Source of the DNA: Clostridia bacterium
Lineage (GTDB): Bacteria > Bacillota > Clostridia > UBA1381 > UMGS1253
Reading direction: 5' to 3'
DNA: 64,000 bases
Assembly: GCA_045636325.1 (NCBI GenBank)
Contig: JAZTXH010000009.1
Coordinates: forward strand, 59,479-123,478
Shown: piece after piece, positions 41,357-50,684 of the stretch
How positions within the stretch are numbered: the first letter of the stretch is position 1
How the letters are laid out: each line of letters begins with the position of its first letter
Notes under the pieces: generated by a model
The model's input: only the letters and a program-made list of their open reading frames with translations
The model's database searches: none
What the model was told of the DNA's origin: nothing
Program-made: the position numbers and the translations under genes

Positions 41357-41367
41357 GCAATTTAACA
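41351..41367. promoter_or_regulatory. TnrA/GlnR-type box overlapping the carA -35
   Basis: TGTAA-AGCAATT-TAACA matches TGTNA-N7-TNACA at all fixed positions. Confidence 0.55.
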
Positions 41368-41464
41368 GGTCTTTTTTAATGTATAATAAAAGTTTTTTAA
41401 GTTGTTGTCATTTTGCACTTTTTTCAAAAGCATCAAATAAAAATACAATTGCACAATGACTAAA

Positions 41465-41728
41465 CTAAATACATATCCTGTAATAGATAATCGGATTTTT
41501 AAAAAATGCATCCGCTCTCTTTTGCTTTATTTCCATTTTTAAATCAAAAACACTGTCTTTCAAACCATTTCTAATCATATCTTTGCTTTTTATTTTTAAA
41601 ATAAAAGGTGAAAAATATTTAAAATCCGCACACACATAATAACATCCGTCAAATAATGCTGACATCTTATACTTCACAGCTGTTATTCCATTTTTAATTT
41701 TGCTGTTATAAAATTTTTCAGCAAGCAT
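41465..41728 (-). CDS. small hypothetical protein (87 aa)
   Basis: ATG preceded by GAAAGGAGA 8 nt upstream, plus a consensus promoter ~100 nt further upstream. No recognisable domain. Confidence 0.5.
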   Translation of the reverse strand: MLAEKFYNSKIKNGITAVKYKMSALFDGCYYVCADFKYFSPFILKIKSKDMIRNGLKDSVFDLKMEIKQKRADAFFKNPIIYYRICI

Positions 41729-41843
41729 AAAAAATCTCCTTTCAAAAAAAAACGCGAAATCCATACTTTTACATAAAAAAAGACATCCGGATACAATAAC
41801 CTAATGTCTGTGTATGCAAATTTTCATCACACATATTTATTAT

Positions 41844-41872
41844 AGTATATATTACACTAACATATTTGTCAA
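41844..41872 (-). promoter_or_regulatory. sigma-A promoter of the 87-aa ORF
   Basis: Minus strand reads TTGACA (41867-41872), a 17-nt spacer, then TATACT (41844-41849). Confidence 0.6.
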
Positions 41873-42139
41873 TAGCTTTATCCTAATTTTGGCGAAAAAA
41901 AGCAATTTTTAATAAGTTTTTTAAAATTTTTTATAGATTTTTTTATTCCTTGGAATTTGAATTCTTTTTAATTTTGTTTCTTAAATTATAAAATTATAAT
42001 TTATAACACACCTTAACATATTTTTTAATCAAGCTTGTCCCTCAAGCTTAATATAGCCAAGCTTTTACTTAATAAAATTAAGTTTACTGTGCTTTTTATT
42101 TGTTTTAAAAAGACATTTACTCACCTTTTTAAAAATCCG

Positions 42140-42168
42140 TTGACTTTTTATATGAATCCGTGTATACT
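42140..42168 (+). promoter_or_regulatory. sigma-A promoter of the type III glutamine synthetase gene
   Basis: TTGACT (42140-42145), a 17-nt spacer, then TATACT (42163-42168). Confidence 0.7.
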
Positions 42169-42192
42169 GTAAAATGTAAAATTGTTAAACGC

Positions 42193-42209
42193 TGTGATTG
42201 GTGTTCACA
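42193..42209. promoter_or_regulatory. TnrA/GlnR-type box in the glnN leader (also the stem of a terminator-like hairpin)
   Basis: TGTGA-TTGGTGT-TCACA is a perfect match to TGTNA-N7-TNACA. The extended 9-bp stem at 42189-42213 is followed by a T7 run ending at 42219, 25 nt before the ATG. Confidence 0.6.
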
Positions 42210-42244
42210 GTGTTTTTTTAATCATTTGAAAGGGGCATTGATAA

Positions 42245-44341
42245 ATGAAAAATATTCCCGATTTATTTGGCTCAATGGTTTTTAACACTCACGTTATGCG
42301 TGAGCGTCTGCCTAAATCAACATATGATGAGCTTCTCAAAGCGATAGATGAAGGTCTTCCTTTAGAGCCGGAAGTTGCAAACGTTGTTGCAAATGCAATG
42401 AAAGACTGGGCTATAGAAAAAGGTGTAACTCATTATACTCACTGGTTTCAGCCTATGACTGGTATTACTGCAGAAAAGCACGACAGCTTTATATCACCCT
42501 ATGGTGAAGATTCCGTTATAATGGAATTTTCCGGAAAAGAATTAATTAAAGGCGAGCCTGATGCATCAAGCTTTCCTTCCGGTGGTCTTCGTGCAACATT
42601 TGAAGCAAGAGGCTACACTGCATGGGACCCCACATCCTTTGCTTTTATAAAAGATAACACCCTTTGTATTCCCACTGCTTTTTGCTCATACACCGGCGAA
42701 GCACTTGACAAAAAGACTCCTCTTCTGCGTTCAATAGAGGTTATTGATAAGCAGGCAATGAGAATTCTGCGTCTTTTTGGAAATACAACCGCAAAAAAAG
42801 TTATTACAACCGTTGGTCCTGAGCAGGAATATTTCCTTATAGATAAAAAGCTTTATGATGAAAGAAAAGACCTTATTTATACCGGCAGAACTCTTTTCGG
42901 TGCTCCTGCACCAAAAGGTCAGCAGCTTGATGACCATTATTTCGGAACAATAAAACCTAGAGTTGCCGCGTATATGAAAGAGCTTGATGAGGAGCTCTGG
43001 AAGCTTGGTGTTCTGGCAAAAACAAAGCATAACGAGGCAGCTCCTGCACAGCATGAGCTTGCACCCATATTTGCTACAACAAATATTGCAACCGATCACA
43101 ATCAGCTTACAATGGAAATAATGAAAAGAGTTGCCACAAAACATGGTCTTGTATGTCTTCTTCATGAAAAACCGTTTCAGAGCGTAACCGGCAGTGGCAA
43201 GCACAATAACTGGTCACTTTCCACCGATACTGGCGAAAACCTTTTAAAACCCACAAGTAAGCCCCATGAAAACAAGCAATTTTTACTTTTCCTTTGCGCT
43301 GTTATCAAAGCAGTTTATGAACATCAAGATTTACTCAGAATTTCAATTGCCAGCGCAGGGAATGATCATCGTCTTGGTGCTGACGAGGCTCCGCCCGCTA
43401 TAGTTTCTATGTTTATAGGCGATGATTTGGAAGAAGTTTTGAATGCAATTGCAAACGATAAAGAATACATAAAGAACGCAACAAAATATATTGACAGCGG
43501 CACACATGCATTGCCAGATTTGAAAAAGGACACAACAGATCGTAACCGCACATCTCCATTTGCATTCACCGGAAACAAATTTGAGTTTCGTATGCTTGGC
43601 TCTTCTTTCTCTGTTGCCGCTCCCAATACAATTTTAAACACCATAGTTGCAAGTGTATTGGACGAATTTGCAACAGAGCTTGAATCAGCAAATGATTTTT
43701 CATCTGCGGTCGACGCCCTCATCAAGAAAACTGCAAAAAAATACAAAGATATTATTATTTTCAACGGCAACAACTATTCTGATGAATGGGTAAAAGAAGC
43801 TGAAAGACGCGGCCTTTACAACTTAAAAACTACTCCTGATGCAATTCCTCTTCTTACAAGCAAAAAGAATGTTGATTTGTTCACAAAATACGGTGTTTAT
43901 TCTGAAATTGAACTTCATTCAAGATGTGACATACTTTTGGAAAACTACTCAAAAATACTAAACATCGAAGCAAACACGATGCTTGAAATGGCCAAGAAAG
44001 ATATTCTGCCTGCAGTTATCAGCTTTACAAAAGAGCTTGCTGAAACATTAAATGCAAAAAAGACTCTTTCTTTAGATGTTTCATGCTTTGCAGAAGAAGA
44101 ACTTTTAAAGAGAGTTTCTCTTCTTTCTGAAAATCTCTACCGCAGAATCCAGACTCTTGAAAAAGCGGTTTCGGGCGCAAAAAATGTATCCGATACAGAA
44201 AAACTTGCCGTATATTATAAAGACAAAGTTCTTTCGGCAATGAATTACCTTCGCGAAAGCGCAGATACTTTAGAAACCATCGTTGGTGAAAAATACTGGC
44301 CATTCCCCTCTTACGGAAAGCTTTTGTTCTCAGTCAACTGA
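42245..44341 (+). CDS. glnN: glutamine synthetase type III
   Basis: 698 aa. GSIII-type N-terminus (FGSMVFN…[12 protein letters not shown]) and length. Confidence 0.9.
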   Translation: MKNIPDLFGSMVFNTHVMRERLPKSTYDELLKAIDEGLPLEPEVANVVANAMKDWAIEKGVTHYTHWFQPMTGITAEKHDSFISPYGEDSVIMEFSGKELIKGEPDASSFPSGGLRATFEARGYTAWDPTSFAFIKDNTLCIPTAFCSYTGEALDKKTPLLRSIEVIDKQAMRILRLFGNTTAKKVITTVGPEQEYFLIDKKLYDERKDLIYTGRTLFGAPAPKGQQLDDHYFGTIKPRVAAYMKELDEELWKLGVLAKTKHNEAAPAQHELAPIFATTNIATDHNQLTMEIMKRVATKHGLVCLLHEKPFQSVTGSGKHNNWSLSTDTGENLLKPTSKPHENKQFLLFLCAVIKAVYEHQDLLRISIASAGNDHRLGADEAPPAIVSMFIGDDLEEVLNAIANDKEYIKNATKYIDSGTHALPDLKKDTTDRNRTSPFAFTGNKFEFRMLGSSFSVAAPNTILNTIVASVLDEFATELESANDFSSAVDALIKKTAKKYKDIIIFNGNNYSDEWVKEAERRGLYNLKTTPDAIPLLTSKKNVDLFTKYGVYSEIELHSRCDILLENYSKILNIEANTMLEMAKKDILPAVISFTKELAETLNAKKTLSLDVSCFAEEELLKRVSLLSENLYRRIQTLEKAVSGAKNVSDTEKLAVYYKDKVLSAMNYLRESADTLETIVGEKYWPFPSYGKLLFSVN

Positions 44342-44354
44342 TTTAAAGATAAAA

Positions 44355-44393
44355 CAAAAAATCAACTTCAAATTAATGAAGTTGATTTTTTTT
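44355..44393. terminator. bidirectional terminator between glnN and pgsA
   Basis: AAAAAATCAACTTC-aaattaat-GAAGTTGATTTTTTTT. Confidence 0.85.
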
Positions 44394-44395
44394 AA

Positions 44396-44965
44396 TTATT
44401 TCTTAAAATCAATAATGCTCCAATTATGTATTATGTATTCAGCTCCTGAATAAACAGTTATAAATACCATTACCCATATTCCGATTTCAATTGCGATGCT
44501 TACAAGGGTTATATCGTAAACATTAAAACATTTTGCCGCCATAATCGCAACAATAACAACAATCTGAATAACTGTTTTAAGCTTGCCTGAAAAACCTGCA
44601 GCAATAACCTTACCTGAGCCCATTGCAACAGTTCTTAATCCCGTAACCATAAATTCTCTTGCAATAATTATTATTACCGCCACAGAGTAAATCCAACCGA
44701 ATTCTATCATGCATAAAAGGGCGGAAATAACTAAAATCTTATCTGCCAAAGGGTCAATAAATTTACCAAAGTCCGTTACCTGATTATAATGCCTTGCAAT
44801 ATAGCCATCAACTCCGTCAGTTGCTGCCGCTACAATAAAGATTATCATTGCAATAAAGTCTGCACAACCTATCACCTTGGGCATATAATACCCCAACATA
44901 AAAAACACAATAAAAACCGGAATCATAAAAATTCTTACCATTGTTACCTTACTTGCTGTTGTCAT
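44396..44965 (-). CDS. pgsA: CDP-diacylglycerol--glycerol-3-phosphate 3-phosphatidyltransferase
   Basis: CDP-alcohol phosphatidyltransferase motif DGYIAR…G…DPLADK. Confidence 0.9.
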   Translation of the reverse strand: MTTASKVTMVRIFMIPVFIVFFMLGYYMPKVIGCADFIAMIIFIVAAATDGVDGYIARHYNQVTDFGKFIDPLADKILVISALLCMIEFGWIYSVAVIIIIAREFMVTGLRTVAMGSGKVIAAGFSGKLKTVIQIVVIVAIMAAKCFNVYDITLVSIAIEIGIWVMVFITVYSGAEYIIHNWSIIDFKK

Positions 44966-46320
44966 TTAACATCTTCCTTTCCGTACAAATCATATTCATC
45001 GCAATCAAGAATTGTAACCTTTAAAATCTCACCGGGCTCAACTTCTCTTTCAGCTCCGAAATATACAACCGAATCAATATCCGGACTGTCTGCCATGGTA
45101 CGACCCAGATAAAGCATATTTTCTTCATCAAATCCATCGCATATAACACTAAAAGTTTTTCCAATTTTTTCTTTGTTTAACTGCTCTGAAATTTGCATGC
45201 TGATGCGCATTGCCGCATCCCGTCTGTTTTCTTTTATTTCTTCATCAATCTGATTGTCTAAAAGATACGCCGGTGTGTCTTCTTCTTTTGAATATGCAAA
45301 AATTCCTACACGCTCCAGCTTATATTCTTTTAAAAACTCTAAAAGCTCTTGGAATTCTTCTTCGGTTTCACCGGGAAAACCTGCAATAAGGGAAGTTCTT
45401 ATGGTTGCATCAGGCATATACTTTCTTATTTTGCCAATAAGCGTTTTTATCTGCTCTGTATTGCTTTTTCTTCCCATTCTTTTTAAAACATTATTGTTTA
45501 TATGCTGAATGGGTATATCAAGATAATGACATATTTTTTTGCTTTCTGCCATTACTTTTAAAAGCCCGTCAGTTATAGATTCAGGATAACAATAATGAAT
45601 TCGTATCCATTTAATGCCCACAATTTTTTCAAGCTCACACAAAAGCTTATCTAAAGAAAACTCTCCAAAAATATCTATTCCGTATCTTGATGTGTCCTGA
45701 GCTATAACAATAATTTCCCGAACACCGCTTTCTGCCATCTGCTTTGCTTCAGCTATAATATCCTCCATAGCTCTTGAACGGTATTTACCCCGAAGTTTCG
45801 GTATAATACAGTAAGTACAATGGTTATCACAACCTTCAGAAATTTTAAGATACCCTATATGTGGACTTCCGCTTAAAATTCTTGGTAAATTTTCGGGAAT
45901 CTGCTCGTTTGCATTTCCATAAAGGCAAACTTCCTTTCCTTTCTCCAGCTCTTCTATAACTTCACAGATTTTATAAAAATCGCCCGTTCCAACAACTGCA
46001 TCAACCTCAGGAAGCTCTTTTTTAATATCACTGTGATATCTTTCTGCAAGACAACCTGCCATTATTAAAAACTTACATCCACCCTCATTTTTATATTCAG
46101 CCATATCTAAAACAGTTTGTATACTTTCTTCCTTCGCATCACCTATAAAACCGCAGGTGTTTACTATTATAATCTCCGCTTCCGAAGCATCAGACGCAAT
46201 CTCATATCCCTCTCCAGCCAAAATGCCAAGCATATTTTCACTGTCCACCAGATTTTTAGGACACCCCAAAGATGCAATGGCAACACTGAGTTTTTTATTA
46301 CTCAAATTCATCATCTCCAA
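44962..46320 (-). CDS. rimO: ribosomal protein S12 methylthiotransferase
   Basis: MTTase N-terminal cysteines (GCPKN…NTCGF), radical SAM CDNHCTYC, and a C-terminal TRAM domain. Confidence 0.85.
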   Translation of the reverse strand: MEMMNLSNKKLSVAIASLGCPKNLVDSENMLGILAGEGYEIASDASEAEIIIVNTCGFIGDAKEESIQTVLDMAEYKNEGGCKFLIMAGCLAERYHSDIKKELPEVDAVVGTGDFYKICEVIEELEKGKEVCLYGNANEQIPENLPRILSGSPHIGYLKISEGCDNHCTYCIIPKLRGKYRSRAMEDIIAEAKQMAESGVREIIVIAQDTSRYGIDIFGEFSLDKLLCELEKIVGIKWIRIHYCYPESITDGLLKVMAESKKICHYLDIPIQHINNNVLKRMGRKSNTEQIKTLIGKIRKYMPDATIRTSLIAGFPGETEEEFQELLEFLKEYKLERVGIFAYSKEEDTPAYLLDNQIDEEIKENRRDAAMRISMQISEQLNKEKIGKTFSVICDGFDEENMLYLGRTMADSPDIDSVVYFGAEREVEPGEILKVTILDCDEYDLYGKEDVK

Positions 46321-46774
46321 ACTCTATGTCACTTACGTATTCGTTAAGGCGCTTTTTTATATCAGAAAATCTATACCCGCGCGAAACTAAAAACCTTATA
46401 ACCTTGTCAGTCTTCTTTCTGTCGGATACATCATCAAGTCTTTTTGCTATTATATCCTTTATGGCTTTTGTTTCATCAATTTCGTCCATTTCAAAAAGCA
46501 CATCGTCAATGATAAAATCGTCTATTCCCTTATTTTTAAGGTCAAACCTTATTTTTCTCATCCCGTGCTTTTTAATATGTACAGCATCTGAAATATAGCT
46601 TTTTGCATATTCAAAATCATTTAAAAATCCATATTCTTCTGCCCACAAAATAACTTTTCCGACCGTTTCATCACTAAAGCTTGCTTTTGTAAGCTTATCT
46701 GAAAGCTCTTTTTTTGAAAGTCTGCGCCTTGAAATAAAACCTATGGCCTTTTCCTTTGCTTTTTCAAAATCCAT
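46298..46774 (-). CDS. recX: RecX family regulatory protein
   Basis: 158 aa. Repeated three-helix RecX pattern (…ISRRRLSKKELSDKL…). Confidence 0.75.
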   Translation of the reverse strand: MDFEKAKEKAIGFISRRRLSKKELSDKLTKASFSDETVGKVILWAEEYGFLNDFEYAKSYISDAVHIKKHGMRKIRFDLKNKGIDDFIIDDVLFEMDEIDETKAIKDIIAKRLDDVSDRKKTDKVIRFLVSRGYRFSDIKKRLNEYVSDIEFGDDEFE

Positions 46775-46790
46775 TTTTATATCTCCAAAA

Positions 46791-47633
46791 TCATAAAGAC
46801 TCTGTCTGCCCTTTTATGTAATCAATAAGGAGCTCATGAACATTTACGTCTGTCAGCTCATAAAGCATTCTTGCTCCCACAACATCCTCAATTTCATTAA
46901 GCTTCATTTCATCACCATCAAATATAAAATCTATACCTGCATATGTAAAATCAAAGTAGCCTATAACCTTTTCAATAAGTTTTCTTTCATTTGGTGATAT
47001 ATTGTAAAGCTCTGCTTTGCCACCAAGTGAAAAATTACTTCGAAAGTCAATATCCGAGCTTCTTAGTATCCCTGCAAGGATTTTGTTTCCTAATACATAA
47101 ACCCTTAAATCTCTGCCTGTTGTGCCTGCAATTTTCTGCACAAGAAAACAATCTGTCCCGTAACTTTTTACTGCCGCTTCAAGCTCATATTTATTGTTTG
47201 CAATGAATACGCCCTCTCCGCCGTGGCCGTCAGCCGGCTTTACAACACAAGGATATCTTATATCTTCTGCATCATATGAAAAAAAACGTCTGTCAAAAAA
47301 AAGCGTGTCCATCATAGGAATACCTTTATCAGCAAGATAAAAATGAGTTTTCCTTTTATCGTTGCATACATTAGAAATAAACGAATTATTAAAAACTCTT
47401 ACTCCCGCTTTTTCAAAAAATTCACTTAAAAACGGGAAGATACTTCTGTTAATAACAAACTGCGGAAATCCCCCGTTTACTTTTAATCCATCTTTATTTA
47501 TTCCAAACACAATATCCTGTGCATATTTAAGTTTTAAATCAATTCCACACGTGTGCGCATATTCAATAAGAGTGTGAATAAACCAGCGGTTTTTCTCCGC
47601 TTCAACTTTTCCGTATATAATCCATCCGGTCAT
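46791..47633 (-). CDS. divergent RimK-type ATP-grasp ligase (paralogue 2)
   Basis: 280 aa. YPCVVKPADGHGGEGV ATP-grasp block. The C-terminal metal-ligand block reads DFIF…NEIED instead of D…E-x-N. Confidence 0.7.
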   Translation of the reverse strand: MTGWIIYGKVEAEKNRWFIHTLIEYAHTCGIDLKLKYAQDIVFGINKDGLKVNGGFPQFVINRSIFPFLSEFFEKAGVRVFNNSFISNVCNDKRKTHFYLADKGIPMMDTLFFDRRFFSYDAEDIRYPCVVKPADGHGGEGVFIANNKYELEAAVKSYGTDCFLVQKIAGTTGRDLRVYVLGNKILAGILRSSDIDFRSNFSLGGKAELYNISPNERKLIEKVIGYFDFTYAGIDFIFDGDEMKLNEIEDVVGARMLYELTDVNVHELLIDYIKGQTESL

Positions 47634-47637
47634 ATTA

Positions 47638-48498
47638 TCATAGCCTGTCTTTAATATATTTTATAATCTCTTCACTTAAATCAATACCAGTGCAATGAAG
47701 AGTGCTTTTAAAATGAGGATTTGAATTCACTTCGCATATAATGCTTTCACCGTTTTTACCAAAAAGCACATCCACTCCTGCAAATTCAAGGCCAACAGCC
47801 TCGCATGCCGCAATCGCAATCTGTTTTTGCTCAACCGTTGCTTCTTCAGCTTTCATTTTGCCACCGTTTGAAATATTAGAGCGAAAATCGCCGCTTGTAT
47901 TATAGCGCAGCATTGATGCCACTGCCCTGCCGCCAACAACATTAACTCTTATATCTCTCCCTTTGCTTTCTTCTATAAATTCCTGCATTATAAACTCTTT
48001 TGCGCCAATTTTTTCTGCAATTTCTTTTGCTTCTTCAAAATTATTTGCAAGATAAACCTGCTGACCGAAAGAGCCGTAGCTTTCTTTAATTACCATAGGA
48101 TATCCCAAATCATCCCCGGCTTTTTTTAAAAAACCAAGATTATTATATCCAAAGGTCTCAAAGGTTTTAGGTGCAATATATGTTTTTGGCACTTTTATAC
48201 CCTTTTTCGCAAGGTATATTGCGCTAAGACTTTTACTGTCAGATATTTCAATCGCCCTTGCACTGTTAAACACCCGCACTCCCATATCCTCAAGAAGCAT
48301 GGCAAGCTTTACATCCTTGTCCCAGAAAAGCACAAAATCAGGTAAATCAACTTTTTCGCCGACCGCAAAAAACACATCACATGTTTTTTTAAGTTCAAGA
48401 GTAATTCCATACCTTTTTGATGCATCTAAGAGATATGCATATATCTCATTAAACTTTTTAATTTCTATAAAACTGTTAACAATAAGCCATCCGGTCAT
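47638..48498 (-). CDS. RimK-type ATP-grasp alpha-L-glutamate-ligase-like protein (paralogue 1)
   Basis: 286 aa. YPMVIKESYGSFGQQV, RSNISNGG and GVDVLF…ICEVNSNP motifs. Confidence 0.75.
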   Translation of the reverse strand: MTGWLIVNSFIEIKKFNEIYAYLLDASKRYGITLELKKTCDVFFAVGEKVDLPDFVLFWDKDVKLAMLLEDMGVRVFNSARAIEISDSKSLSAIYLAKKGIKVPKTYIAPKTFETFGYNNLGFLKKAGDDLGYPMVIKESYGSFGQQVYLANNFEEAKEIAEKIGAKEFIMQEFIEESKGRDIRVNVVGGRAVASMLRYNTSGDFRSNISNGGKMKAEEATVEQKQIAIAACEAVGLEFAGVDVLFGKNGESIICEVNSNPHFKSTLHCTGIDLSEEIIKYIKDRL

Positions 48499-48540
48499 AA
48501 GTCATTCCCCTGTTTTTTATACGATTAAAATTCTCAAATA

Positions 48541-48569
48541 ATTTTATCACATTACACAATTTAAGTCAA
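48541..48569 (-). promoter_or_regulatory. sigma-A promoter of the ATP-grasp pair
   Basis: Minus strand reads TTGACT (48564-48569), a 17-nt spacer, then TGaTAAAAT (-10 at 48541-48546). Confidence 0.65.
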
Positions 48570-48581
48570 TAAAAAGCATTG

Positions 48582-50039
48582 TCAAATTTCATCAAAACAA
48601 ACACTTATTTCCTTTTTCATTCCATGTGAGCCAAACACCTGCCATCTACCCTCACCAAACCTTTGAAATATAGCTTTTCTTTCATCGCGGCAAAGCGCAG
48701 AATCAGTATCAACCGAATTCATAAGCTTCGGTGCATACTGATTGTATTTCTTCTGTTCAGGCGTCATATCCTTTAAATTAATATAAATATCTCCTGTAAA
48801 AGATATTCGGTTTTTATAATCTATCAAAACGGTTTCACCTTGCAGATGACCACCGCTGCACTCATATACTTCAAAGCAAAATTCTCCGAAATTAAAAAAG
48901 CCGATTTGCCACATTAATGCGTTTTCTTGTTTATCTTCCCATAAAAATTGCAACTTTTCAGGATTCGGTGGCTTATATTCCGTAAGTGCCTTGCATATTT
49001 TCACATAAGGCTTATGATATCTGTTTCGCTCTCTAAATCCGTTTTTCCCTTCGTATTCATTTTTTAAACATTCACCGGTTTTATAGCTCACAAAAATTTC
49101 ATCAAACATATAAGCAAGCCCACAATGGTCCACATCAGCATGGGTTAAAACAATTTGCTTTTTTATCTGCTCAAATCCCTGCACAAGCTCATTATAAATC
49201 TTCGTCATTTCCTCTTTATAATACGTATATCCGCAATCTATAAAAAGGTATTTATCTTCGCTTTTTATAATAGCAGTATTACTGCCGCAAGGCGGCTCAA
49301 TTAAAATTATTTCGCTTTTTTCGCCTGCTGCGTGATGTGTTATACGGGGCTTGAAAGCATCTTTTCTGCTATTTGCAAGCATGCTTGCAAACTTACTTAT
49401 ATTATCAAATGTTTTATAAGGCAGTCGCCCCTGCTCATCTAAAATCTGCATAGCAAGATTTGAATTTATCAAAATTTCTTGCTTTGCCTCAGGATTAATT
49501 TGCCCCGCTTTAATAAGACTGTCCGTAAATGAATTATAAAAAATACTGTTATCAAAAATCTTTTCGGCATGGTTATAGTCTATAATATTTACGGGGCAAA
49601 TCTGCTTGGCTTTCTTAATAAAATTCAAAAATACAGACTTATCTTCCGTTAAAACTCCTACTTTAAATGCCTGTGTTTTTTTATCTGCTGCCTGATAACT
49701 TATATATGAGATATTAAAGTTATAATTATAAATAAGCCTTGCAATCTCTTTAGCGCTGCCGGGCCTGTTTTCAAGTAAAAATTCTATTAAAAAAACCTCT
49801 GCTGTTTTATTATTTTTTTGAAAATATCCGTTTTTTGAAAGTATTTCATCCGCTTTTTCAAGCTTATCTTGCTTTCCCTCTACATCTATAAACAAGGTAT
49901 TGGTATCTACTGCTTTATTATAGCTTACCCTTGTTATATTCACTCCAAGTTTTGCAAAACATTCACTCGCCTTAAAAAAGGCACTTGCATCATCAGACAT
50001 ATTTGCAATGTACGTTTTTTTCAAGCCAACCGCTCCCAA
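48582..50039 (-). CDS. tandem ACT-like domains fused to an MBL-fold metallo-hydrolase
   Basis: 485 aa. Two ~70-aa beta-alpha-beta-beta-alpha-beta-like N-terminal modules, then the MBL motif LTHADVDHCG. Confidence 0.6.
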   Translation of the reverse strand: MGAVGLKKTYIANMSDDASAFFKASECFAKLGVNITRVSYNKAVDTNTLFIDVEGKQDKLEKADEILSKNGYFQKNNKTAEVFLIEFLLENRPGSAKEIARLIYNYNFNISYISYQAADKKTQAFKVGVLTEDKSVFLNFIKKAKQICPVNIIDYNHAEKIFDNSIFYNSFTDSLIKAGQINPEAKQEILINSNLAMQILDEQGRLPYKTFDNISKFASMLANSRKDAFKPRITHHAAGEKSEIILIEPPCGSNTAIIKSEDKYLFIDCGYTYYKEEMTKIYNELVQGFEQIKKQIVLTHADVDHCGLAYMFDEIFVSYKTGECLKNEYEGKNGFRERNRYHKPYVKICKALTEYKPPNPEKLQFLWEDKQENALMWQIGFFNFGEFCFEVYECSGGHLQGETVLIDYKNRISFTGDIYINLKDMTPEQKKYNQYAPKLMNSVDTDSALCRDERKAIFQRFGEGRWQVFGSHGMKKEISVCFDEI

Positions 50040-50684
50040 TTACACATTTAAAAACAGGTAAATACCTATAAGGTTTATGCCTAGATTCGCCCCTGCATGA
50101 AGAAAATATCCACCCCAGATATTACCGCATTTTTCATCGACATAGCAAAAACAAATTCCTCCCGCAAAAAGCCCTATCATACAAAGAATAAATATAAACG
50201 GATTAAACCAGCCCGAAAGCATTGTAACATGATAAAGGGCAAAAATTGCAGAAGATATTATATATGCCGCCTTTTTATTTTTCTCCTTTAACGAAAAGAA
50301 TATGTAACCGCGGAAAAACAATTCTTCTATAAACGCATTTATAAAAATTATATTTGTAAACACAAAAATAAAATTTGATTTTGTGATGCTTTGATTTTCA
50401 AGTGAGCCTAAAATCATATCCGGGTCAAACTGTGCTTTTAAAACATTATATCCGATTATAATAATCGCCGCAATTAAAAACGCACCAACTCCGCACATAA
50501 GCATTGATTTTTTACTTTTTGTTTTTACAAACACATTCTTAAAATTATGTCTTATCAATAAAGGTCCACCCACAAAAAGCAAAATTTTTACGATTGATGT
50601 AAAAAGATAGGTGTTATAAGGCGAAAGATGCAAGAGAGAATAAAGTGCAGGTATTAGTGCTCCGATTAAAAAAGTTTTTATCAT
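50040..50684 (-). CDS. CPBP family intramembrane glutamic endopeptidase
   Basis: Polytopic protein with EELFFRG and FALYH motifs. Confidence 0.75.
   Translation of the reverse strand: MIKTFLIGALIPALYSLLHLSPYNTYLFTSIVKILLFVGGPLLIRHNFKNVFVKTKSKKSMLMCGVGAFLIAAIIIIGYNVLKAQFDPDMILGSLENQSITKSNFIFVFTNIIFINAFIEELFFRGYIFFSLKEKNKKAAYIISSAIFALYHVTMLSGWFNPFIFILCMIGLFAGGICFCYVDEKCGNIWGGYFLHAGANLGINLIGIYLFLNV

Noticed and set aside
42189-42219. Reading the glnN leader hairpin purely as an intrinsic terminator of an upstream plus-strand gene.
   Set aside because: There is no plus-strand gene upstream for ~900 bp. The hairpin lies downstream of the glnN promoter, so it is reported as an operator or attenuator instead.
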